From contig BFEA01000003.1 in the NCBI GenBank assembly GCA_003427395.1, positions 4,239,778 through 4,303,777 on the forward strand: a stretch of DNA of 64,000 nt. Reading direction: 5' to 3'. Under the pieces are notes generated by a model. That model did not search any database. It was not told the origin of the DNA and saw only the letters and a program-made list of their open reading frames with translations. Positions 12,880 to 24,632 of the stretch are shown one piece after another; position 1 is the first letter of the stretch, and each line of letters begins with the position of its first letter. This stretch comes from Chara braunii (lineage: Eukaryota > Plantae > Charophyceae). A program made the position numbers and the translations under genes.

Positions 12880-12934
12880 GGCCAACTCAGTGGTACACAC
12901 AGAACTGTTGAAGTACAGACCTGAGTTCGAACTC
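12880..12934 (+). pseudogene. tRNA-derived segment inside LTR
   Basis: CTCAGTGGTA (A-box-like) and GAGTTCGAACTC (B-box-like) at tRNA spacing. Confidence 0.45.
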
Positions 12935-13024
12935 CAAGAAGTAGATAAGCGGATGATGCAATTCTGAATCACCCTGGGGCGGGGCTGGGGATATCCTAGT
13001 GCCGTGCCCACGGGCAGTCCTTGG

Positions 13025-13057
13025 TACAAGGAGTATTAGCATGACCGGTAGGCAAGG
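13025..13057 (+). pseudogene. Degenerate U6 snRNA remnant
   Basis: TACAAGGAGTATTAGCATGACCGGTAGGCAAGG versus U6 TACAGAGAAGATTAGCATGGCCCCTGCGCAAGG: 24/33 ungapped by eye, in the same relative position as the clear U6 copies in the other LTRs. Confidence 0.55.
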
Positions 13058-13151
13058 GTGGTTGTGTGCAGCTTTTGATCCTGGCCAGCAGAAGGTTGGT
13101 GTGTTCGCTGCCGTGGCCAGCGGTCACAGCTCGAGTAGGATGAGTATTAAA

Positions 13152-13191
13152 GACTACCCGGCCCGACAGCAAAGCCTTATGAAGCTTCACT
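13152..13191 (+). pseudogene. Plastid/bacterial-type 23S rRNA-like fragment
   Basis: GACTACCCGGCCCGACAGCAAAGCCTTATGAAGCTTCACT versus plastid 23S GACTACCTGCACCTGGACAGAAAGACCCTATGAAGCTTCACT. Confidence 0.5.
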
Positions 13192-14099
13192 TCTCGGTTG
13201 GGCTGCTATCGTATTAGCTGCCACTGCGCTCGCATCAAGGAAAAGAGGGGCAGGGGCACGGCCAGGGTATCTGTGGCCCCTCTAAGTGTGAGAGGATTGA
13301 GTGTGAGCATGTCAATGGGATTAGAGGGGTGATGAGCCACTGCCCGAAGTAGAGTGATGGGCCAAAGCAGGTGGCGCTGGTGGAAGCACGCAGGAACAGC
13401 AGTGTGCAACCCGTGCTTCATTCAACAGGCTGGTATAAAGGCAGATGCATCTGGGCGCGATCTCGCGCTAGATACATCTGCAGGTAAGGAAGGAGAAAGC
13501 AACCAGACGAAAGGCTATGGCGGGAATAAACTGCTATACCATGCTCGTTTCTTAATGAAACCAAGCAGGGGAAAGTGGTAGGCGGGGTTCTTGGACTGGG
13601 CGAGTGTAGGAGTAGTGTTGGTTTTGGTGCTAGTTGTGTAGGAGGTCAGTTAGAAGAAAGAAGACGTGCGAGGAGATGGTGAGAAGGGGTGGTGGGGCAA
13701 AAAATGAAAACTAGTGTAACTTTCCCGTTTCTTGATGAAAACGGGCGAGTGAAGGTGCGATTTCGGGGTTTTGGGAGTGGGCGAACGCGTTGGTAGAGGC
13801 GGATTTGAAGGAGGGGTAGTGATTTCGATGATATGATATGTAGGAGCTGCGTCTGGGGATACATACTGATGTTATGTTAAAAATGTAATGTATCTTCCCG
13901 CATTTCAGGGGAAGATTCATTCTCGTCTTACATATTCGGTGAAGCAATGTGCTGGGACATTTTCCTCCTCGAGTGCATCGTTGCTTAGGATTGTTTTCTC
14001 CTCAAGTGGTCAGACTTGTGATCAGAGTCGTTTTTTGTGTTAGTCATCTTCGTGGTGGTGGTCCTTGCTACCCATGGATTCGACCCATGGATTCGACCC

Positions 14100-14345
14100 G
14101 AGAGAGGGAGAGAGAGAGAGAGATTGTACTTACCTCAGGAGTAGCGCATCTGTCCACATTTCGGCATCCTCATACTACGCACCGCCAGGCCCGGCGAACG
14201 GTAAAGCAGAATTGGCAACACGGGATGAACCAAATGTCGAGTAACGGTGCCAAACTGCGCGCTAACCTGGTCGAGAGAGAGGCCAAGTTCATATGAGGGA
14301 AAGGCATAGGGGCGAGGCATGGGGGCCGGCGGTCAGAAGAGAAGG

Positions 14346-14382
<37 letters not shown>

Positions 14383-16210
14383 AAGAGATACTTACCTGGT
14401 CGATAGGAGTAGTAGTGCGGAGCGAGTGGAAAGTGGGGACCTCGGTGTTAAGGAGGTGATGCATGTATCTGCAGTTTAGCAGAAGATTCATTCTTATTCT
14501 GCAGTTGATGTAGGACTGGTGGGGAATCGAGCGGACGATCCGGGTCGTCCCTTCTCATTCTGCAGTTGTGTTTTTTCCCACCTCGAAGTCGCTTTCCCGC
14601 TTGTAACATGTCCTTTTGGCTCGTCATCTTCATCTTCAAGGTCGCGCTGGCCATGGTCCTTATCCTCGAGATAGCACGCATACCAGAGAGAGAAAGAGAG
14701 GGATTGCCCATCTGGTTGGCGACACTTTCACTCCTCGTAGTTTGTTAACTGCCTCGCCTGCCCCTCCCATCTCGGCATTCGGCTGCCTCCCTTGATAATG
14801 TCTTTTTGTCTTTTATCTTTCTTTTTATTTTCTCTGAATCTGGCCATATTCCCGACCAGGTGCATGGAGAACAAACGGAAGAGAAGGGGGTGGAGGGAAT
14901 CCACCTATTCGTTGTGGATTTCGATTGTAATTGTTGGGGGCCGTATTTCCCACGATCTTCCGAGAGATTCATTCTCCTTTTGCACATTTGGTGGGTAGTG
15001 GGGAGGAACTGCTATTTGCTCACCCCATTAGCAGTGCTCGTTGACTTCGTCGTGGAAGTCACATTTTGTCTGCGCCGCCGCCTGTACATCTAGAGAGAGG
15101 GAGGGAGAAAAGGAGTGTTGCGAGAGGGGCAAAGGGAACTGACAGCGGCACGGTCAGTCTGTGGCTACGTTAAGAGGGTACTGCTGATATTTGGGGTGTT
15201 GCTGCCGTCCAGCCTGGTGAATTGCCGCTTGGTGATGTTGTATGTCTGAGGAGTTGTGGCTGCGAGTAAGAGTTGCAGCAGTAGCTTGGAGCTTGGTGCT
15301 GATCTTTCTTCGGTGCTAAAGTGCTTATGCCCAAACCACTAGGAGTTGTTGTTGCCGACATCTCCAAGTTTAGGCTCACAGCGATTATGATTCCGACAAT
15401 CTACGGTCATCCTATGTCAAGTTGTCGCCTGTGACCAGGGTGGTGGTACCGTTGTAACAGTGGGACAGCCAGTATGACTGACTGAGTGTTGTGGTGTCTG
15501 TCGCATCATGCTGGATTACTGTTGCTGGAGCCAGTGGTACGGCGGTGTAATCAAAGTGGCACCTGTTGTTATACAACATCTGCTTTCTTCGATAACACTG
15601 ATTGCAGGGCACTGTTCACCACGGTGAGCCGCCATTACTAAAGTTCGAGACTTGAGCTACAGCAGTCAGTGTACGCTGCTACAGCAAGGGTAACTGATGC
15701 CACCGTATTTGCGCTGCGGCTACCAAACGCCATTAGGACGGCTGCTGCAACAACTACTTGTGCTTTCCAGAGCTACGACGACGACCTGAGCTGCTGCTGT
15801 AGATTGATTACCAAGGTTTAGTGCTGCTGTACTTCGGTCATTGGGGGGCATGCGGAGCGAACGGTACATTTGCTGTGCACATTTGGGCAGAACGGTAAGG
15901 TTGCGCCTTTGAGTTTGTTGTATGCGGGACACAGTGCTTTTATCAGAAACGATAACTGAGCAGGGCGCTGCTGCTGCCCAGAGCACTGTTCCTCATTTGC
16001 GCGTCACCACAGTGCACCATTTCCTCTTCACGACGGGGCCGCTGCTGCGAGTTGGAGTTTTGTTGGGGGACTGTTACTCTGCGCTTCGGCCGTGGCTTGG
16101 TCGTCTTCACTACTTTTTATTTGACCATCATTGCGGGGCCCTCAGGAGATTGAAGGAACCAAGACCCTCTCTCGCGAGTTGAGTCAGTCTTCTTCTTGTA
16201 TCTCTGGAGG
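14100..16210 (-). pseudogene. Decayed coding-like region, probably TE-derived; family not recognised
   Basis: Short interrupted ORFs; consensus 5' splice sites on the minus strand (AG|GTAAGT at ~14133 and ~14396). Confidence 0.25.
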
Positions 16211-16620
16211 CAGGGAACACTCAGGTATAACTTTCGTCTGACGCGTGTGATCCTTTCCCCTAACTACGATTATTCCTTTGGACTATCTGAAAACATAATT
16301 ATGAAAGGTTATTACTTTTTATTTTTGTTATATATGTCAGGACATGCTTTTGAAAAGGTTAAATTAACAAGTATATATGAGAGTCAGATACTTTGAGCGA
16401 ATTCAGACAGAATGAATTGGAGGAAGGCGGGAGGAAGATGTTTTGCATGCTTTGACCGGGTCAACCCAAGGCTGAGTTCCCCTAGGTTGGTGTGGACTCA
16501 GTGCTATGTTTATTTTTGTTTGCTGGGCTGTCTGAATGACCTTTTTTAGGATTGGGCCAGACCTGATGTTTCTTTTAATGAGTTATGGTGCATGTTTTTT
16601 CTGAGGGAATAACGACATAA

Positions 16621-17646
16621 GACTAAGCGTACCCTAGGGTTAGGGCGGCTTAGTCATGAGCCACGAATTAACTAGCCAACCAAAAGTATAAATTTTGATA
16701 TATATATTTTATTGAACTTGTACTTCTGACAGACGGGCACCCCGGGTGGGGAAAGCCAGTCAGTAAGTTAGGTAGAACTAAGGAAGAGGGAAAAAGATGA
16801 AAAGTAAAACAAAGGTAACTGGGCAGACTGAACGTACCCTAGGGTTAGGGCGGTTCAGTTATATGCTCATGATAACACTAAGGAGCAGAGAGTTACTATA
16901 AATCTGTTTTATTTTCCCTTCTAGACATGAGGCAGGATCGGAAGTTCCATTTATTATAAAGGTCCGGTCGACTGCTTAATAACAGAAGGAAAAACATAAA
17001 GTCTGTGAAAGTATTTGTACCATATTTTATGTTGTATGGCTACCTAGGTCTAACCCTAGGGTTAGGGCGGCCTAGCGATAAACCTTTGTCGTTTAAAGTA
17101 AGTTGGACGTACCCTAGGGTTAGGGCGGTCCAGCGTTCGGTGTTTATAACTGTTCAGGCAGATCAGGCACACCCTAGGGTTAGGGCAACCTGATCACATT
17201 GCCTTATGTAACTTAAACTGTTGTGGCTAGCTAAGCGTACCTTAGGGTTAGGGCGGCCTAGTGATATGCCTTTGTCGTTGATGTGCTGTAGGTTGGACGT
17301 ACCCTAGGGCTAGGGCGGTCCAACTTGTTGTTGTTTGTATTTATGTTCAGGCAAGCTAGACCTACCCACCCTGGGTAGGGATGGTCTAGAATGATGCCGT
17401 ATGTAACTTTGTTTAAAGCTGATTGGGCACACCCTAGGGTTAGGGCAGCCCAGTTCTATGCTATTTGTCGTCAGTTAGACAAAAGTCAGACGTACCCTAG
17501 GGTTAGGACGGTCTGGCCATATGCCTTATATGTACAGTTCATGTTATGTTGGGCATACCCTAGGGTTAGGGCAGTCCAAATGTGCGTACTTTACTTGTGT
17601 ACCTAGGCAGGTCAGGCATACCCTAGGGTTAGGGCCTTGTCTGACC
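16621..17646. repeat. Array of ~12 stem-loops with conserved core (T/C)ACCCTAGGGTTAGGGC and variable, self-complementary flanks
   Basis: Copies at 16621, 16826, 17044, 17102, 17161, 17230, 17291, 17356 (variant), 17421, 17485, 17549 and 17610; period ~60-67 nt from 17044 onward. Confidence 0.9.
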
Positions 17647-19454
17647 GTATGCCATAGGAAAGGGGGACGTAAAAGGGAAGGAACTAAGCGATTTAACGAA
17701 CTACTTGGACTAAATTAATGTGGGATTGTGAGAGATGTTTGGTTATGCATGCTTGTGGGCTCTCACTCTGGGGCATCTCTTTGATAGTTTAGTTGCTTTA
17801 GGTGCTCGTTGAGTGCTAAAGCTATAGGCATGTAGGATGGATGATGGGAGGTAAAACTTGGGATAAGATAGGACTGACTCTACTAGGAGTTAGGATCAGT
17901 GTTATCGCACAGCCTCATCAAGAGGTCGTACAAATTATCGCTGATTCTACCTTCCAAGTAAGTGTCAGAAGTTAGTCTCAAATATAGCTTTGCTTTGTCT
18001 TTTTGATTTCAGCTTTGTATAAATCTTGGCAGCCTCCTGCTCCTACGGGAAGCGCTGCCGAAATTTTGCAGAATTTAGAGAGTTAAATTATTTTCAACTA
18101 GGAGAAATCTGGCAATCCATCCTGTTTAGGGGATATGCTGCCGGTATTTCTTACACTTTTAAATAAACATTAGATGTTCGTTAGGAAGATAGGATTATTT
18201 CTTGATCACTCAAGCATGGCTTGGGTACTGGCCTGTGCTGCATTGCAGTGCATTGCAGGTCACCTTTATTCATATTGATTCAAGGCTTGACTATCTTCAA
18301 GCTGATCCTATAAGGATCACCTTCTGTTATCCTTAGATAACTGTTATCCTTAGATAACAGGTTTGTTTCCGACTCAACTCTAATTCACGCTTGCCACTCA
18401 ACCTAAAAGGCTTTAGCCGTGTGGTTTGATTTATTGGCTGTGTTTTTACTCGGACTTTAATTGAATGACCATTTAATAAAGATGCTGAGTACTTTATTTT
18501 GAGAGTTGCGCAAAGAGTGAGGCTTGTATGGCTAAAGCAACGGGTATGAGCACAAAGAATGGTTAAAGTTGACCCCGTGTAGTGTGTGCTCTGTTGATGT
18601 GGATTTTTGATGTGATTACATGTGTGTTCTGTGAAGTGAAGTCCAAACTTGGTTTTGCGTATGATTATATGTGTATATATATATTTGAAGGAAGCCACAC
18701 TGTGATTGTGAGAGTGATCGTCTTCTATCTCATGACTTTTATATCATGTTTCTTGTGTTCGCCCGACCCATTGAGGCCGCGCATAGTGATTAAGTAGGTG
18801 TTGCACTGAGAGAAAAAAAAAGGTCTCCTTTGACCTTTTGGTTCTTAGAGTTATTATGGTTGGACGTTGTAGTCTGTGGCAACCGTCAAAGTCAAACCCC
18901 TTGATATTTGACCGCTACGACATCTTGGAGCTGTCTACTTAACCCCTCTGCACAGGGTGCAGAAAAGGGTGTGGTCTTCAACCGCACATGGCGGTTGTCT
19001 GGCGTCGGGAGATTACTCCTCAAAGCGCCTGTCAGCCGACACTTGAGCGTCGAATGCGACCCTCGAGATTATCAAGGGCCGCGGGGCTACGAGTACTACA
19101 TAGTACCCCATCAGCGCGAGTGTTTGCGTATGCCCGCATGGTTGTTTGATATGAGGAGGCCATACGCTCGCTCGGTACTTATAAGGAAAATCCAGCGCGC
19201 GATACCTATCTGATTCTTGCTGCATAGAGTTATGGGTCGGATACTGAAGGGATTAGGAGTATTGTGGTGTGGTGGTGTTGTTTGTAGTGGTTGTTTTGTG
19301 TGTGTCCATGTGTTATGCGTGGTAAGTGTGAGTGTTGTGGCGTAACGCGTGGTGTGTAGGGTGCGTCCTAGTCGACCGACGCCGGGTCGCGCTTGGGACT
19401 TCAGCCCCCCAGTGCGTCGATTCGAGTGCGGGTTCGATTTTGGGCGTTCGATCG

Positions 19455-19486
<32 letters not shown>

Positions 19487-19773
19487 GTTTTTTTTTTTTT
19501 TTTTCTCTCTCTCTCTCTCTCTCTCTCCGAACAAATATAGCATCATTACTTTGGAGGAACGCATGCCGCATGAGACGCGGTTTGATGTCTGTCTTCCTGA
19601 CTCGATTTCTCTCTCTCACACACAAACACACACAAAAGATTGATACAATAAGCAAGATAACAGAAAAAAAGAAAAAAATAACAGAAAAATGATCGAACAA
19701 AAAAAAAGCAGCGGATATTCAAGCTATCTTTCAAGTTCAAGTCATGCATGGCTGGGGCAGAGTTTTCTCTCTC

Positions 19774-19806
<33 letters not shown>

Positions 19807-19948
19807 TGCGTGCGCGCGCTCCTGAAATACAATGACCAAGAAGATGAACAAGAAGAAAAATGAACAAAACAGAAACACCAATGGGGAGCAACAGCGCATG
19901 ACACTGCATTCAAACTATCTTTCCAGTCCCATACCTCCCCCCCCCCCC

Positions 19949-19980
<32 letters not shown>

Positions 19981-20213
19981 CCAAAATGACGAGCAAGCAG
20001 GGAAAACGGANCCCCCCCCCCCCAAAAAAAAAAAAAAAAAAGATAAATACAATACCCAAAATGACGAGCAAGCAGGGAAAACGGATAAACGAACGGACAA
20101 AAAAATCAGTGGGGTGCGACAACACGCACATTGCATTATATTGAAGCTATCTTTCCAGTCCAATACAGGGATGACACGGGCGAATTTTGATCTCTCTGTC
20201 TCTGTCTCTCTCT

Positions 20214-20217
<4 letters not shown>

Positions 20218-20282
<65 letters not shown>

Positions 20283-20298
20283 TGTGTGTGTATGTGTA

Positions 20299-20336
<38 letters not shown>
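20218..20336. repeat. (GT)n microsatellite
   Basis: GT run with few interruptions. Confidence 0.95.
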
Positions 20337-20338
<2 letters not shown>

Positions 20339-21165
20339 TGTGCCCCTGTAAATGATGAACAAGAAGACGACTACAATGGACAATAACAAGTAGAAAACAA
20401 CAAACAAAAAAGACACGGTATGTCACATTATTGAAACTACCCACCTCTCTATCGCCCTCCTCTCTCTCTCCATACACAAATACAGTGGTGTATGCGTATG
20501 ACAATGAAGCAGCAATGAATGAGGAGTAGCTGGGGCACAAGGTGGGCACAAAGGAGGACGGGAAAGTACGGAAGGAGGAGGAGAAGACTACCAAAAGGAT
20601 TGCAGAAACGAGGAAAAGACGGAAACTGAGACAATCGAGGAGGAAGAGGAGGTCGGGAGGGGAGACAACAGGAAGTAGAACAAAAGAAAAGGGAATGTGG
20701 GATAGGATGATGCAGGAGAACGAAGCATGGCTCACCTTCTTGCCACATTCAGGTTGGTGTAACTTGCCATTCCATGCACGTGCATGCTCATGGGCGGCCA
20801 ACAACCGTGGGCGACATCGTTCGTAACAACGGCACGGCGGGTGGTGAACGTCGGTAGCATGGGCAAGGTGGTCCTGGCTTTCCTTCCGGGTGAATAAGTT
20901 TGCTTGCAACACGAATACCAGCTTGGACCCTCAACCCGCCATTTTCCATATCATTGGGCGGGGCCACCTCGGCTAAAATTCCGATGGGATACTTGTGGCG
21001 CAATGGCCAGTGGAACCCTCACCGCCATCACTTTCGTCCACAGGCAGGCAAAGTCTCGGCTTGTGCTGGCCTGTGGCTGAGGTTGGGGGGAAGGGGAGGT
21101 AACAGGCCCCCAGGGGAGCATTACTACTTCCGAGACACTTCTCTCCGACCCTGAAAACGCTCTGC

Positions 21166-21331
21166 GCGCCAAAAAAAAAAGAAGAGTGTGGCCTCCTTTT
21201 GGCTGGTGCCGCCAGCCATTCTGCTTTGGCAGAGCTCTAAAAATCACGCGCCAAAGGAAAACAAATCAGCATGGCCTCCTTTTGGCTGATGCCGCCAGCC
21301 ATTCTGCTTCGGTAGAGCCCTAAAAGTCACG
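21166..21331. repeat. Tandem duplication of an ~83-bp unit containing two small hairpins
   Basis: GGCCTCCTTTTGGCTG(G/A)TGCCGCCAGCCATTCTGCTT(T/C)GG(C/T)AGAGC..TAAAA.TCACG occurs twice. Confidence 0.85.
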
Positions 21332-21809
21332 GCACGTATGTGACAAGTGCCTGCAGTCGACCTATGGGCCAAGTACTGCTCGTGTAACATAGGGCGCTCC
21401 CTTCCAAGGAAAAAGTAATTGTCATTGATGAGCTGAAGCGCAGTCGCACACTCAAATTAAAGCCGAAAGTCATAATATGGGTGAAATATTAAATGTTACA
21501 CTGAGAGTTCAACTTTCAAGCATGATTTCAGTTTATAAATTTTATGTTGGAGAGTGACTGCTCATCTCAGCGCCTCGGGTAGCTACTCGTGGGTTCCTCT
21601 CGCTCACATTCCTCCAGGACTCAGATCCTCTGCGATCCCATCGGAGCGAATATGAGGCTCGAGGTCTATATCGATACAGTTGTTGCTCGTGTTCTATCAT
21701 GACAGGGTACTCATATCCTGCTCCTGGCTTCCACTACTGTCTCATCGAAGAACAATTCTGCGAGTAAGTACCCGGCTGACCACACCATTACCTCACATGT
21801 TATCTTGGT

Positions 21810-22774
21810 CTAAAAGGTTACGCACTCCAGAACTCCTGGTCTGTATTCCCGAATAAACTCCCTGGCTTGCAGGACACTCTCCTTCTCGGTCATCTTGTCC
21901 TCTATGAGCGCCCTGAGCAGGACAGTAACCGTGAACCCCTCATTCACTAATTGCCTGCTTACCTCGACTCCGATCGATCTGCGGTCTGGCATACCTTCTG
22001 CTTTCTAAATAAATACCTCAAGTCCTCTAGTCCAATGCACTTTTCCTCCACACGCCTCCGGCAATATTCGACTAAGTCGACTGACCTCAGACAGTCTACC
22101 CAGCACGTCGCATCTATAAGATCTCTCAGCTCCCCATCTTCGAAGTGCCTCCACCATAGACTGACCGCGAAATAAGTCTTCTTGAACCGTGGCGCCAACC
22201 CCGATCCAAGGGCAAGGTTTGTATGCTGGACTGCTCGCGTTAGGCTCCTAACTCCCCCATAGACCTGATCTATCACGAACTGCGGAAGAGTCCACCTCCA
22301 GCCCTGTACAGGATGAAGATCCTGCACCGGCGGTCCGAACACGATACGCACCTGCGGTCAACTATCACCTGCTATCGATCTTGCCTTTCTAGTCAGAAGG
22401 ACTCTCGTCAATGCTTCGTACCTCCACAAGTTTCTCTCAATGCCAACTAGAGTCAGACTCACTTCAACTTCCTGCGTTCGATCAAAGATAAGGTGTCCTA
22501 TCAGCTCTACCTGTCTTCCACGTCCTGGTACCTCTACTTCTACAATTACTATCCAAAGAAAATCTCCTTCTGTCACCCACGTCCCGATATATTTGAGTGG
22601 CACTCTATCGCTATTCTCCAGTGGCACGGGAAGCGGTATGTCGTAGCCGAGCGCAGTCTCCCTAGGCTCTACCAACCTCCTCACTCTGTAAGAGTCCGAG
22701 TCTCTCAATAGGACATACGCCCACCATGCACTCGAATCACTCCTCATTACCATACGTCGCTCAACCAGTACCAC
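21810..22774 (-). pseudogene. Paralog P4 of unrecognised TE-borne protein family (frameshifted)
   Basis: ORFs 22358-22774, 21959-22351 and 21810-21992 contain ELIGHLIF, WRWTLPQFVIDQVYGG and LRSVDLVEYCRR, matching P2/P3 motifs. Confidence 0.55.
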
Positions 22775-22818
22775 TCTAGTCCTTTCAGCGCGCTCGATCT
22801 CCAGATGCTACTAGCTCC

Positions 22819-23079
22819 TCAGGCCATCCTACCACTAAGGCTCAAAACAGTTGAGTAGGTGTTGTGCACCCTCCCGTCAGCTCCATGGAAGCAGATGGTG
22901 TACTCGATGTATCTCTCACCTCTCCGTATCGCTAGGGCATGTTCGGTCATGAGTCTGATCCGGCTGGCAACATCGTCCACCGCCTCATCTTCCCAACCTT
23001 TTGTCCTATCTCGTCGCACAGCAATTGTCACTCTCAACGTGTCCCTATACGCCATCCCTATCGCCGCGTCCTGTCGCAC
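22819..23079 (-). CDS. Small hypothetical ORF between paralogs P2 and P4
   Basis: 86-aa ORF with protein-like composition on the same strand as the neighbouring ORFs; no recognisable motif. Confidence 0.3.
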   Translation of the reverse strand: MRQDAAIGMAYRDTLRVTIAVRRDRTKGWEDEAVDDVASRIRLMTEHALAIRRGERYIEYTICFHGADGRVHNTYSTVLSLSGRMA

Positions 23080-23166
23080 TCGTCCTGTCTAAAGTTATCT
23101 GCTCGAGTCTACCAACCGTTTTCCCACTAATCTTGCCTCTAGACTGCGCCCGGATATGCCCTGCCT

Positions 23167-23882
23167 CTAATCGTCTCTCACATCTAGCATATCCTCATCT
23201 CCGTCCTCGTCCCCTCGCCCCCAAGGGATGGCCTCCTGTCCCTCGGCCTGAAGGAGATGTCCCCAACCGTCCTCAGGTTGTGCTACTCCTCCTGCCGGCT
23301 CCTGGCGATCACCTATCACCATGTCTCCCCAGCCCTGGTCTCGATCTCCCCAAGGCTCTATATCGTTTGCAGCCTCCCACTCTCTGTCCTCAGCGTACCA
23401 CCCGACATCCTCCCCCTCTGGGTGTTTCCGCTGATAATGCTGCTCAACCTCCCAGGACGGAATAAACGGGGCAGGCCTGTCCTCTGGTGTCTCACTCAGG
23501 AGCGCGCCTAGGCCCTCCAGATAATCCACCGGTCTCTGGGCCTCTCTCTCCAAGGCTAGCCAGAACTCTAAGGGCTGATATGGGTAGGAGGAGTCCTGCT
23601 ACCCTGAGGGCGCTAGGGACCGTATAAACTCTATGAGTTGAATCCCTCTCTCCCCTGTAAATGGCCCTCCGATGAACTGAGCGTATGCAATCCAATCGTG
23701 ATCTGCTAACCCTCTCCTCAGTCCGTCTAACTAAAGACTAGCGGAGTAGGTCTCAACAATGTAAGTCAGTCCCCAGAGCTCCTCCACTACAAACAAGGGA
23801 AGCCTCACCCGCAGTCGTACCGAGGGGAATGCAAAAGCCCCTCCGATCCGGAGGGTCGTCCTCGTCTCCCTAATCGGGCCGT
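23167..23882 (-). pseudogene. C-terminal half of paralog P2 (N-terminal half at 36094-36491)
   Basis: GPIRETRTTLRIGGAFAFPSVRLRVRLPLFVVEELWG..ERGIQLIEFIRSL..FWLALEREAQRPVDYLEGLGALLS, then an acidic W-rich tail; stop and frameshift present. Confidence 0.65.
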
Positions 23883-24632
23883 TGTCGACGCGAATACCCT
23901 TACATGGGTATCCGCCCTGGTTTTTGCAAATGACAGGAAGTAAGTATGGATTAAAAGTTTGAATATACCGCGCGAGTCGCGGCACTCTCTGTTGTTTATG
24001 CGGCTGATGGTTGACTGCAATAAAGAGTGTGTGGGCGCGCGGATTTGAGGCGCGCGTGATCCTTTTAGCTGTCGATGATTGAGGAGCCGGCACGACCGCC
24101 AGCCGAAATGTTTTCTGATTAAATAGGGATTAAAAAGATTATGTCTCATTGACTGATGTGCTTGTCTGTGACCTGTGCGTACGTGCGGAGGACGGCATCG
24201 ACGACAATATGACTTCTGAAGGTGTTTCGGTAGTCCAGCGCGTCGCACAGTGTCTGTTCCTTTGGGCGTCCGCCAGCGCTAGACCCAGACTTGGGCCTAG
24301 CGCTATTTAATTACGGTGTCGGACTTTTGTTAGAGAGATTCAGGGATCGAGGACGAGCGGCGATGGCGCGAAGGGCCCGACGGGGCCATCCCCCTTGGTT
24401 TTGCCATCAGCGGCGTGGGCATGAAGCCGGCAGTCGTTTTTTCGAGTTTGTTTTTTTATTATTAATGGTTGTTGTCATCATTTGACTTTATGGTTTGAAC
24501 TCTCATAAGTTAGGCACGACACTGGCCATGGTCGGCCGTCATGGCAATCGAGGACTTTGAGCGCATTTTTCTTTTTGATTGACCTGCAGGTTCTTATGTG
24601 TTTGAGAAGCTGGCGATTTCTTCCCTACCTTA

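Larger units (their letters stand above)
10970..14065 (+). mobile_element. Diverged, 3'-truncated LTR related to the LTRs at 23883 and 33023
   Basis: Starts TGTCGGCGCGAATACCCTTATGAGGGTATCCGCCCTG versus TGTCGACGCGAATACCCTTACATGGGTATCCGCCCTG. Collinear blocks continue to GTGGTGGTCC (~14063), about 70 nt short of the homologous LTR end. Confidence 0.8.

Noticed and set aside
14388-14399. U1 snRNA 5' end (ATACTTACCTGG)
   Set aside because: No further U1 similarity; better read as a consensus 5' splice site on the minus strand
16621-17646. True CRISPR array
   Set aside because: Eukaryotic TE context, no cas genes, repeat flanks vary and spacers are related to each other
19935-20085. Duplicated C-run/A-run plus AATACCCAAAATGACGAGCAAGCAGGGAAAACGGA
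   Set aside because: The two copies are separated by an N; likely an assembly overlap
24548-24595. 5.8S-like ATCGAGGACTTTGAGCGCA and antisense-18S-like CTGCAGGTTC
   Set aside because: Too short, and the 5.8S-like match is weaker in the 3' LTR copy
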